From a virus, in the IMG/VR virus record IMGVR_UViG_3300025070_000022, positions 25,941-89,940 of that record: a stretch of 64,000 nt of DNA. One strand, given 5' to 3'. A model generated the notes under the pieces. That model was not told the DNA's origin. It was given only the letters and a program-made list of their open reading frames with translations, and searched no databases. The position numbers and the translations under genes were made by a program. Shown piece after piece: positions 9,190 through 17,472 of this stretch. Each line of letters opens with the position of its first letter. The stretch's first letter is position 1.

Positions 9190-10074
9190 ATGGAAGTAGT
9201 TTATGGACACACAGACTCAATCTATGTCAAGGTAGATTCTATAGAGTCGGCCTTTTCATCTCTCGAAAAAATAAATGAAGAAGTTAGAACTATCTTTCCT
9301 AATTTACTAGGCCTAGAAGAACACCCTGTTATTCTAGAATTTGAGAAATACTTTGAATCATTAGGTGTAGGAATTACAAAAAACAGAAACGCTGGTTTAA
9401 TTTCTTGGGAAGATGGAGTTTGGTTAGACGAGCCTAAATTTACTCTAACAGGATTTACTTCTAAGAGAATTTCCGAAACAACAACGATGAAAGAAGTTCA
9501 AACAGTGGCCCTCAATATGTGGGTTTCCGGTAAATCGGAACTAGAAATAGTCGATTACGCTAAGTCTGTTTATGCCAAAGTCCTTTATGGGGAAATCAAT
9601 TACCGTGAAGTAGCAAAAAGAACTAGACTAAAGAAAGAGAGATTCCAAGTCAAATGTACCTGTAATAGAAAGTACGACATTAGAGAAATATCTTGGACTG
9701 ATGGTGAGTTCTTTTGTGGAAAGTGTGCAAAACACCCTTCTAAGTTCCTAACAGCCAAGGGAAAGAAGCCGACTATAAGCGAAGGCATTGTAGGTGTATT
9801 GTATTCCATGCAAGAAAGAAACCTTACCTTTGAAGACTCCTATGTATTCTTAAGAATAAGACCAGTTGGATTCTTTACTGACCCCTTAACCGGAGTTCGT
9901 AAAGAAGCCACTTATGTTTCCGGAAATACTTTTTCCGAGATAGAGGGTTTTGAACCCGATTGGCCCCACTACGCCGAACAAGTAGTGAAAAAAGTACAAC
10001 CCATTTTCGATGCTATGGGTTGGGATACTAAACAAATTAAAACTAAGCAACGAACTTTTGATGAATGGTGGTAA
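9190..10074 (+). CDS. polB: Family B DNA polymerase, C-terminal subunit (motif C, thumb)
   Basis: MEVVYGHTDSIYV, LEFEK, KNRNAG, PIP-box-like QRTFDEWW; ATG at 9190 after GGAGG. Confidence 0.9.
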   Translation: MEVVYGHTDSIYVKVDSIESAFSSLEKINEEVRTIFPNLLGLEEHPVILEFEKYFESLGVGITKNRNAGLISWEDGVWLDEPKFTLTGFTSKRISETTTMKEVQTVALNMWVSGKSELEIVDYAKSVYAKVLYGEINYREVAKRTRLKKERFQVKCTCNRKYDIREISWTDGEFFCGKCAKHPSKFLTAKGKKPTISEGIVGVLYSMQERNLTFEDSYVFLRIRPVGFFTDPLTGVRKEATYVSGNTFSEIEGFEPDWPHYAEQVVKKVQPIFDAMGWDTKQIKTKQRTFDEWW

Positions 10075-10994
10075 CTATGACAGATAAAACAGATTATGAA
10101 ATAGAAATAGAAGCGATGGCAGATTACACATACCAATTCTTGCCGGAAAATTACGACGACCCAACCGAACCTATCCTAAAGATAAGTAAGTCTTCTCTAG
10201 GAACTTTCGATTGGTGTCCCAAAAAGTACGAGTTTAGTTATGTTAAGCGACTACCTCAAGACCAAACAGAAGCCATGCGTAAGGGTACTATCATGCACAA
10301 CGCAAGAGAAGATTTCTTTAACGATTTCGATATTAAGAAGGCAGAAGACATGACCCATAGCGAAGTAGTTGACTACTGTGCAACACTATTCCCGCTAGAC
10401 GACTATTCGGACGACTACCAAACAATCATTGCTTTCGAGGCTCAACGATTTGTAGACGCTAGAACTGATGAAAAACTGGATGAGTTTTTACCTGCTTGTA
10501 ACGAAGGTAAGTTTGATTGTGCTATTGTTATTCGTGCAGACCAAAACCCCGACTATATTCTAAGCAGGGATTATGTAGTTCATCTACAAGGAATCATAGA
10601 TAGAATATTTAAGGAAGGCAACGGTTACATTCCAATGGAATTCAAGACTGGCCCTTGGAAGGATTACAAAGCAACTTCTATGAGAAAGGAAATGGCATTC
10701 TACAAGATTCTAATTGAAAACTCTAGTGACTTGGTTTTGAAACAGGCTGGACTAGAACCCAACATTCCTGTTAGCCATTGGGCTTGGTACTATCCAATCT
10801 CGAACCACTTCCATTGCGAAGACGCTACTAGTAGATACCGAGTAAATAATGTAAATGGAGTTATGAAGAACATTGCTAAGTTGATTCATGCCTACGAACA
10901 AAAAATATTCGAGACTAAGTTTTACTACAAGACTTGCACACACTGTTCCTTCTTTGGGCTTTGTGATGCGGCTCAAGATAGTGGGTGGCTTTGA
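10065..10994 (+). CDS. Cas4-like PD-(D/E)xK exonuclease with Fe-S cluster
   Basis: WCPKK, GTIMH, GIIDRI, EFKTG, CTHCSFFGLC. Confidence 0.85.
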   Translation: MVVTMTDKTDYEIEIEAMADYTYQFLPENYDDPTEPILKISKSSLGTFDWCPKKYEFSYVKRLPQDQTEAMRKGTIMHNAREDFFNDFDIKKAEDMTHSEVVDYCATLFPLDDYSDDYQTIIAFEAQRFVDARTDEKLDEFLPACNEGKFDCAIVIRADQNPDYILSRDYVVHLQGIIDRIFKEGNGYIPMEFKTGPWKDYKATSMRKEMAFYKILIENSSDLVLKQAGLEPNIPVSHWAWYYPISNHFHCEDATSRYRVNNVNGVMKNIAKLIHAYEQKIFETKFYYKTCTHCSFFGLCDAAQDSGWL

Positions 10995-11146
10995 TGGTGG
11001 AAGGCTTAGACAGAAGTACTAAGAGAGATGATAACGCTGGTAAAATTGCATTAGACGCAATTACTATTCTTAGTAATTTAGGTTATAGCCAATATTCCAT
11101 ACTACTGCTCAACAGATTGGAGGCTGTACTCAATGAACGAAACTGA
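10994..11146 (+). CDS. Hypothetical microprotein, 50 aa
   Basis: Fills the gap and overlaps both neighbours; read manually. Confidence 0.5.
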   Translation: MVEGLDRSTKRDDNAGKIALDAITILSNLGYSQYSILLLNRLEAVLNERN

Positions 11147-11498
11147 AATAGAAAACATAGTTAGGAATCGAGAATGGTCTTTCTCCGAGTTATCCAATTT
11201 GAGAAGTACTATTTCTAATCTAGGGGACGAGATTTACCATGAAATGAATCTAATGGATAGGTTTTCTTTAATTAGAGATGCCGAAGTTTATCCTTCTAAG
11301 ACCTACGAAGAGAGTATGAAGAAAGCAGTTAAAATAGAATTAACTGGAATGATTGCAGAAGTTTTTACTAAAATGCTACAAACAGCAAAGATTGATTTTG
11401 GAGGAAATAAAAATGAAATATCCGAGGGAAGTGTGGGCGGGAAGTCACATCAAGAACGCCCCACAGATGAAAAGAAGAATAGTGCAGAAGAAGAGTGA
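11133..11498 (+). CDS. Hypothetical protein
   Basis: ORF with GGAGG upstream. Confidence 0.6.
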   Translation: MNETEIENIVRNREWSFSELSNLRSTISNLGDEIYHEMNLMDRFSLIRDAEVYPSKTYEESMKKAVKIELTGMIAEVFTKMLQTAKIDFGGNKNEISEGSVGGKSHQERPTDEKKNSAEEE

Positions 11499-12468
11499 CT
11501 ACATTGAGTTTGTGAGAAGTCACAATAATAGGACCAATGTCTACACTACAGTCTACGACTTTGCTAAGTTTGCAGAAACAGCAAAGGTGGAATCTTCTGT
11601 TATCCTAGATAGGGTATTCTTCGACTTTGATGCTCATGGGGAAGACGGACTACAACATGCCTATGAAGATTTAAAGGATACCTTAGACTACATCGGTGGC
11701 ACTAAACATACTACCTTCTTTTCCGGAAGAGGGTTTCACTTGTTTGTCTTTGGTGAAGTGACCGATGAACCAAGAAATCTACAGTTCTACTTTAGAGAAG
11801 TAAAGGATTACCTAAAGTCTAATCATTATCAAAATGCCCCACTAACTTTAGATGAAAGAGTGGGACAGACTACTAGATTAAGAAGAGTACCCAATACTGT
11901 AAATCTAGCCAGCGACAATGGACATGGCATCCCCTACTATTGCATTCCAATCTTTGAAGAAGATATAGAGAAGGGAATCGACCACATACTAGATTTGGCT
12001 ATGGCCCCTCGTCTTGTCCCTATGAAGTTCTCCGGTAGCAAGTTAGCAGTATGGCCTTCCGCACCCCCCATTGATGAAGTCGAAGGGGAAATTGAGCCTG
12101 TAGTCGTTGAGGGTTCGCTCCCTGTTCTCCCCTGTATCTACAATGCCATAATGGTTGAGAACCCTTCCCACATGGCTAGAGTTTATTTGGTATCTTGGTT
12201 CCGAGATTTACTAACAGGAAGACAAGATTTGAAAGAACAAAAACAAAAAGAATCAATACTCAATACTATTGTAGATGAGATAGAAAAGATTGCTACTAGT
12301 TCCGATGAAGTTTGGCTTGATTGGGATAAGGCAACTACAAGAAAGCATGCAAAATTTACCGTATATGGTAATTACAATACTCCTAACTGTAAAACCAAGT
12401 TAATACCCGAAGGGTATTGTGCTGGTAAATGTTGGAGATACCCCGACTATTTGGAGGAAAAAAAATGA
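11413..12468 (+). CDS. Archaeo-eukaryotic primase, PriS-PriL fusion
   Basis: FFDFD, FSGRGFH, RRVPNTVN; C-terminal PCI...CKT...C.GKC Fe-S-type Cys pattern of PriL. Confidence 0.85.
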   Translation: MKYPREVWAGSHIKNAPQMKRRIVQKKSDYIEFVRSHNNRTNVYTTVYDFAKFAETAKVESSVILDRVFFDFDAHGEDGLQHAYEDLKDTLDYIGGTKHTTFFSGRGFHLFVFGEVTDEPRNLQFYFREVKDYLKSNHYQNAPLTLDERVGQTTRLRRVPNTVNLASDNGHGIPYYCIPIFEEDIEKGIDHILDLAMAPRLVPMKFSGSKLAVWPSAPPIDEVEGEIEPVVVEGSLPVLPCIYNAIMVENPSHMARVYLVSWFRDLLTGRQDLKEQKQKESILNTIVDEIEKIATSSDEVWLDWDKATTRKHAKFTVYGNYNTPNCKTKLIPEGYCAGKCWRYPDYLEEKK

Positions 12469-12809
12469 ACTACGATTATGCAAAATGGAATCAAATGATA
12501 TACGGCCCTGCTTATTATGATGAAGGAGAACAAGAAGAACCTGCTCCTGTCATTTTATCCGCTTGGAAGTGGGAAGTTAGAATGGAAGGAAGACAAGTCT
12601 TTTGGAGATTTGAAAATAAGATGATGGGAACTTTTAGGTTCTCTCCTAAGAGATGGAATGACGAAGGAAATGAGTATCCTAGGGAGTGGCCCGATTGGTT
12701 GCTCTTCGATTTTATAGATTATGTATGGGGCTATACCGACAAAGAAACAAAAGTTCTCACCACATCTATAAACGAAGACTCTAAGCAACAAAAGTTGGAG
12801 TTGAATTGA
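12465..12809 (+). CDS. Hypothetical Trp-rich protein
   Basis: ORF ATGA-coupled to primase. Confidence 0.55.
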   Translation: MNYDYAKWNQMIYGPAYYDEGEQEEPAPVILSAWKWEVRMEGRQVFWRFENKMMGTFRFSPKRWNDEGNEYPREWPDWLLFDFIDYVWGYTDKETKVLTTSINEDSKQQKLELN

Positions 12810-13501
12810 TGCTGACTATTGATAGTAGGGAAAGAAAAGGCTCTAAACTAGTCGGTCTAGTTGTCGAAAAAGCCGACTCACTTGGGATACCAAATGAGAA
12901 AAAATGGATAGAGGTAGGTGATTATGTTTTTGACGATGTTTGTTTTGAAGCAAAGTCTTGTCTTGACTTCATTCAATCAGTATTGAACAAAAGAATTTGG
13001 ACTCAAATAGATAACATGGACCGACATTACAAACACAACATAGTAATTATCTATGGTGATTTAGAGAGCGATATTAAGTCCTTAGTAGAACATTCTAGAA
13101 AGACTAACTTTGTATTTAGTCAACACAATCTAAGAAGAAGATTTCTAGGAGCATTAGGTAGAATTACTCTAGACACTGACACAAGAGCCTTTTGGGTTCC
13201 TAGTGAAAAGGAAGCCTCTTTGATAATAACAACTATTTGTAAGATGAAGCCAATAGAAAGGCCCTCATTAAATCCGCAGTTGATAAAACGGATAGCAACT
13301 GATGATATGAGAGTTGATGTATTGACTTCTATTAAAGGAATTTCAGTGAAGAAAGCCAAGGCCCTTTTGAAGAAGTTTGGCTCTGTCGTTGAAATTTCCT
13401 ATGCCAAACTATCCGAGATAAAAGCAGTAGAGGGATTTGGGACTACCCTTGCTGAAAGAGTACTAGAAGTCCTAAACACAGAAGATAAGGTGACAATATG
13501 A
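12806..13501 (+). CDS. ERCC4/XPF-family nuclease with HhH domain
   Basis: IDSRE, VGDYV, EAKS..DF..S, C-terminal IKGIS..KA and VEGFG HhH repeats. Confidence 0.9.
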   Translation: MMLTIDSRERKGSKLVGLVVEKADSLGIPNEKKWIEVGDYVFDDVCFEAKSCLDFIQSVLNKRIWTQIDNMDRHYKHNIVIIYGDLESDIKSLVEHSRKTNFVFSQHNLRRRFLGALGRITLDTDTRAFWVPSEKEASLIITTICKMKPIERPSLNPQLIKRIATDDMRVDVLTSIKGISVKKAKALLKKFGSVVEISYAKLSEIKAVEGFGTTLAERVLEVLNTEDKVTI

Positions 13502-15081
13502 ATGATGAAGATTGGGTAACAACCCCCGAATACAAAGACGAAGAATTACACGCCCTTCCTATGGAAGAAGCGAGAGAACAGCCGGATAGGATTATAGGAG
13601 ATACTAAATTACCTAAATTCTTAGAGGGATGGGTGAAGGAAGCAACCAATGTTTCTCACTACAATGAAATACCTGCGGCCATGACTGCTTTAGTTCTAGT
13701 CGGACAAATGTGTAAAGGCTTTGTTAAGATACCAATTAAATCTTCTATCATAGATTCGAGAGTACATTTCATTTGGATTCAAACCTCCGGTACTGGAAAA
13801 AGTGAATTGATGAATTTTGTAATACCAGTTTCAAAGGGATTGTGGGAAAAAATTAACGCACACCACAGTTATAGAGAACACAAGTACATAGGCCCACATG
13901 AAAAGTTAGAACAATTTGATAACTTTGAAGTTGTTGAGTACACTGATGCGGCATTAATAGGATACCAAAAAATAGTAATTGCTAATGAAGCATTTGTAGA
14001 AAACAATGCAGAAGTTGAAATTGGTGACGAAGTTTGGGAGCCAGTTAAGGGTTCTTTAGATGGACATGGTTTAGCCCGATGGGATGAGTTCACTAACTCC
14101 GGTGTTTTCAGTAAAACCCAACATAAGAATTCAATTGTCACTTATTTGAATACATTAATGAATTCCATTGGTGGTTCTTCTCAAGTAATAACTAAGAAAT
14201 TAAAAGAAGGTCCAGTAGTAGAATGCCATTCCGAGCGTTCTATTATGGCAACTACTTTCCCGCCGGATACACTAGATAAGGCGATTACAGAAACCGGACT
14301 ATTTCAAAGGGCAACCGTCTATATTTGGAGAGTTCCGGAATACATCAAAGATGAAATTGATGAGATGATTGTAGATAACTTTGGGACATTTGAAGATGTT
14401 AATTTGCCTATTGAGAAATACACAGAAGAACTGTTTGAGATTTACAAACTGACACAGGCTCGCTTCCTGTCTACTGCTAAGTACGATGAACAAGGGAATC
14501 AAATAGAAGCACCCAACCCAACTAAGGTAATTAGAAGGGGTAATGATTTTAGAGATGCTATGCGCCTAAGAATGCATGACTTGAGAAAAATGGTAAAGGC
14601 AGAAGAAGGATTGACTAGAGAGGCCGCTAGAACCTTCTTGACAAGGATGAATATAATGATGGGTAGGATTGCCTACCTTTGTTCTGTAGTAGAAGCCAAG
14701 GACATAAAAGACCCTAAAAAACAGTTCGTAGTCACTGCTAGAAATGTTAATCAATCCGCCTTCATTATCCGCAACTGCTATAAATCATTGATTTCGTGGT
14801 TTGCTCAAAGCCTACGGGTCACTAAGTCCGGTATGGCAAAAACGATTGGAGCGGGATATTTGGAAGTCTATGAAAATTTGATGGAAACTCAAGTTCGTAG
14901 AATCAATGATGTAGACGGTTGGGTTCCTAAGAAATCTATGATGGAGAACTACCGAACTACAAAAAAGGTAAGTCCAGCAACAGGGTACAATCATTGGGAT
15001 AAAGTCGAAGGATATTTTGAGGAAACAAAAGACAACCGAGCAGTATTCGTTAGATTAAAAAAAGAAGGTGAAAGAAAATGA
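13498..15081 (+). CDS. MCM-like AAA+ replicative helicase
   Basis: Walker A SGTGKS, Walker B ARWDE, arginine finger GLFQR, C-terminal winged-helix-like region. Confidence 0.65.
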   Translation: MNDEDWVTTPEYKDEELHALPMEEAREQPDRIIGDTKLPKFLEGWVKEATNVSHYNEIPAAMTALVLVGQMCKGFVKIPIKSSIIDSRVHFIWIQTSGTGKSELMNFVIPVSKGLWEKINAHHSYREHKYIGPHEKLEQFDNFEVVEYTDAALIGYQKIVIANEAFVENNAEVEIGDEVWEPVKGSLDGHGLARWDEFTNSGVFSKTQHKNSIVTYLNTLMNSIGGSSQVITKKLKEGPVVECHSERSIMATTFPPDTLDKAITETGLFQRATVYIWRVPEYIKDEIDEMIVDNFGTFEDVNLPIEKYTEELFEIYKLTQARFLSTAKYDEQGNQIEAPNPTKVIRRGNDFRDAMRLRMHDLRKMVKAEEGLTREAARTFLTRMNIMMGRIAYLCSVVEAKDIKDPKKQFVVTARNVNQSAFIIRNCYKSLISWFAQSLRVTKSGMAKTIGAGYLEVYENLMETQVRRINDVDGWVPKKSMMENYRTTKKVSPATGYNHWDKVEGYFEETKDNRAVFVRLKKEGERK

Positions 15082-15311
15082 AAAAATACGAAAATACATT
15101 CATCGTGTTCGATGTAACAAAGGGACCGAAAGTTATCATTGAAGCGTTGAATACATACGGAGAAGAAGGATGGGAATGCGCTACAATGATTACTGTAGGA
15201 AACATGAACATTGTTGCTTTCCTAAAGAGAAGCATTGGCGAAGAAGAAACTAAGGCTGACCCTGCTACGGAAAAAATCAACAAACTTTGGGCTACTGATG
15301 GCGGTAAGTGA
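15078..15311 (+). CDS. Small protein, DUF4177-like
   Basis: LNTYGEEGWE...AFLKR pattern. Confidence 0.6.
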   Translation: MKKYENTFIVFDVTKGPKVIIEALNTYGEEGWECATMITVGNMNIVAFLKRSIGEEETKADPATEKINKLWATDGGK

Positions 15312-15315
15312 TTAC

Positions 15316-15927
15316 ATGTCTAATGTACTAGCGTTGGACATAGAAACAAAAAACATGTCCCATGAGATAGGTGGGTTTGGTAACACACACATGTTCCAAG
15401 TTTCTACTGTGGCCACATGGAATGGCACAACAGGAAATGTTTATCTCTCTAAGGAAGAAGTAGGGGATAGTGTAGAAGCCCTTACAAAGTCCGGATTTAG
15501 TGTGAAGGATATGTCGGAGTTGAAGTATGATTTGGAGAAGCACCAAGAAGAAGGCGGTCTTTTGTTAGGCCACAACATAGGTGCTTTCGACTTACCCATC
15601 TTAAAAAATTCTCTAGACATTTATTGCGTTAGAAAATACTTAGACAATAAGCAGTACATCGACACTAGCCGGTACTTGACCAGCAACTTTGGTGAGCGTT
15701 TTAAGTTACAGAACTTAGCAGAAAATACGCTAAAACAAGATAAATTGATGGAAAGCGCAGAAGCCCCTAAACTTTGGAAGATGGGTAGATACGAAGAGGT
15801 TGTAGAGTATTGTATGAAGGATACTCAAATCGTATATGACCTTTGGAAGCATGGTCAAGAGAACGGCTTAGTCAAAGCCTTCTCAATAGAAAAAGAAGAA
15901 TTTTTAGACTTGGAGGTTGATTGGTGA
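15316..15927 (+). CDS. RNase H-fold 3'-5' exonuclease (DEDD)
   Basis: ALDIET, GHNIGAFDLPIL, YCMKD. Confidence 0.85.
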   Translation: MSNVLALDIETKNMSHEIGGFGNTHMFQVSTVATWNGTTGNVYLSKEEVGDSVEALTKSGFSVKDMSELKYDLEKHQEEGGLLLGHNIGAFDLPILKNSLDIYCVRKYLDNKQYIDTSRYLTSNFGERFKLQNLAENTLKQDKLMESAEAPKLWKMGRYEEVVEYCMKDTQIVYDLWKHGQENGLVKAFSIEKEEFLDLEVDW

Positions 15928-16079
15928 TGGATACATGGGAATGGGTTGGTTTGTTTGCTTTCCTTATCGTGGTAGTTCTGCTGTTCTTTGCCGCTTTTGG
16001 TGGCTCGAACCTAACAGAACAAAGCGTTGAAGAATACATGCAACGGCTTATGCGAGATAACAAAGACGACTTGAAATGA
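15927..16079 (+). CDS. Small membrane protein, 50 aa
   Basis: WVGLFAFLIVVVLLFFAAFGG; read manually. Confidence 0.6.
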   Translation: MDTWEWVGLFAFLIVVVLLFFAAFGGSNLTEQSVEEYMQRLMRDNKDDLK

Positions 16080-16207
16080 CGCTAAAGCAGAAATGCAGTG
16101 AATGTAGCCAGTCTACTATTGCGTTTAGGTTACAGGGGTTTTATCTAGGCTCGGATAAAAAAGTAAAGTTATGGGAATGCCGCAACTGCGGTAATATTTG
16201 GAAGTAA
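16076..16207 (+). CDS. Zn-ribbon microprotein, 43 aa
   Basis: CSEC...WECRNCGNIWK; read manually. Confidence 0.6.
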   Translation: MTLKQKCSECSQSTIAFRLQGFYLGSDKKVKLWECRNCGNIWK

Positions 16208-16209
16208 TT

Positions 16210-16259
16210 TGGCCACTCGGCTCGCTCTATTTTGGGGCGAATCGGGTGGCCATTTTTTT
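16210..16259 (+). terminator. GC-rich hairpin with T-tract at the convergence of the two operons
   Basis: TGGCCACTCG...CGGGTGGCCA stem with G-U pairs on the + strand, followed by T7. Confidence 0.7.
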
Positions 16260-16309
16260 ATGGATTTTTTTCCGGAGTGCAAAAGCGATTTGAAAAAATA
16301 CTATTTTTT

Positions 16310-16417
16310 TTAAGAATACCTATTACCTACTAAAGAAGGCGACCACCAAAGCATCACTAGATAAATTATAGCAACCACAACAACCACCATATCCAGTAGT
16401 TTTTCTTTAGTTATCAT
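16310..16417 (-). CDS. Small membrane protein, 35 aa
   Basis: MITKEKLLDMVVVVVAIIYLVMLWWSPSLVGNRYS, ATGA-coupled to upstream gene. Confidence 0.45.
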   Translation of the reverse strand: MITKEKLLDMVVVVVAIIYLVMLWWSPSLVGNRYS

Positions 16418-17472
16418 TGCACTCTAAATTCAATAACTGGCATAGTGTTAGTTCTATATTTAGACCCGTTTGAATCTACTCCATCGTGACCACCAGTGAA
16501 GTCGGCATTTGTTAGTGTTGCCGGACCAACAGTTCCACTAACTTTAGATTGTTCAGTCATACCCCATAATGAAATGGCATATAATTTACTTCCATCATCA
16601 TTCCAAGATATACCGGAAAGCCACGGTGTTGTTCCAGTATTGTTTGTTGGTCGCCACGGAGATGTACCCTCATTACCATAGAAAGAAGTCAAATCGAAGG
16701 TAGTAATGAGCGTTCCGCTTGTAATATCGTAAGCAATTGATAAGTCATATTCGTAAATATATCCAGTATGTTGAGAAACATACATCTTAGTGCCATTAGG
16801 ATTGAAAATTAAGTCAGATATGAGGTTATGTGATAATTGAATGCTACCCACAAATGTATCGTTCCTTTCAACTACATAGTTCGCAGTAGATACTGCGTAC
16901 TGTTTAATTACTGATAGGCCGTTTGATTGACCGTAACCAAAATAATACCCAGAACCATCAGCATTCCAGCGAGCGTATCTAACGCCACCTCCACCGGCTA
17001 AAGCCCTACCAGTTGGAGAAAATGTTAAACTACTACCGCTTTGAGAAAGAGTCCCACTACTTATTCTATTTCCGTGAAAGTCAGCAATAATTATTTTTGT
17101 TTCAGTGCTGTCCAAACCAAAACCATCACAACTGTTTAATAACCCCGCCCCCGCCCCCGCAGGGTTTTGTCTTACAACTGCTCCTGTTCCAGTAGAACTA
17201 ATTGGTAACTTTGAAAAAAATACATGGTTGCTATCAAAAGAGTTCCCATTCCCTCTATTTGAAATATACATATCTGTACCTATTACTTGCATACCAGTCA
17301 TCCAAGCGGAATTAGCCGCACCAGCGTTAAAGTTAATTCCTACTGCATTGTTTCCGGCAGTTTCATGTATGGCTTTAACAGAAGCCAAATTGTATAAGTT
17401 TGGATTAACTGTTGTAACAGCATTAGCCTCCTGTTCAGCACAAGAACCAGCAATAGCAAGATACAAAATCAT
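16414..17472 (-). CDS. Putative receptor-binding/tail-associated beta-propeller protein
   Basis: Repeats WNADGS, FNPNGTKMY, WNDDGSKLY and IYEYDLSIAYDITS; last gene of the tail cluster. Confidence 0.6.
   Translation of the reverse strand: MILYLAIAGSCAEQEANAVTTVNPNLYNLASVKAIHETAGNNAVGINFNAGAANSAWMTGMQVIGTDMYISNRGNGNSFDSNHVFFSKLPISSTGTGAVVRQNPAGAGAGLLNSCDGFGLDSTETKIIIADFHGNRISSGTLSQSGSSLTFSPTGRALAGGGGVRYARWNADGSGYYFGYGQSNGLSVIKQYAVSTANYVVERNDTFVGSIQLSHNLISDLIFNPNGTKMYVSQHTGYIYEYDLSIAYDITSGTLITTFDLTSFYGNEGTSPWRPTNNTGTTPWLSGISWNDDGSKLYAISLWGMTEQSKVSGTVGPATLTNADFTGGHDGVDSNGSKYRTNTMPVIEFRVQ

Noticed and set aside
8141-9190. Intein or self-splicing intron interrupting polB
   Set aside because: No intein termini or intron-encoded nuclease; the gap is filled with coupled micro-ORFs and the C half has its own RBS.
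10065-10994. Cas4 as part of a CRISPR-Cas system
   Set aside because: No repeat-spacer array or other cas genes seen; solo Cas4-like nucleases are common in viral replication modules.
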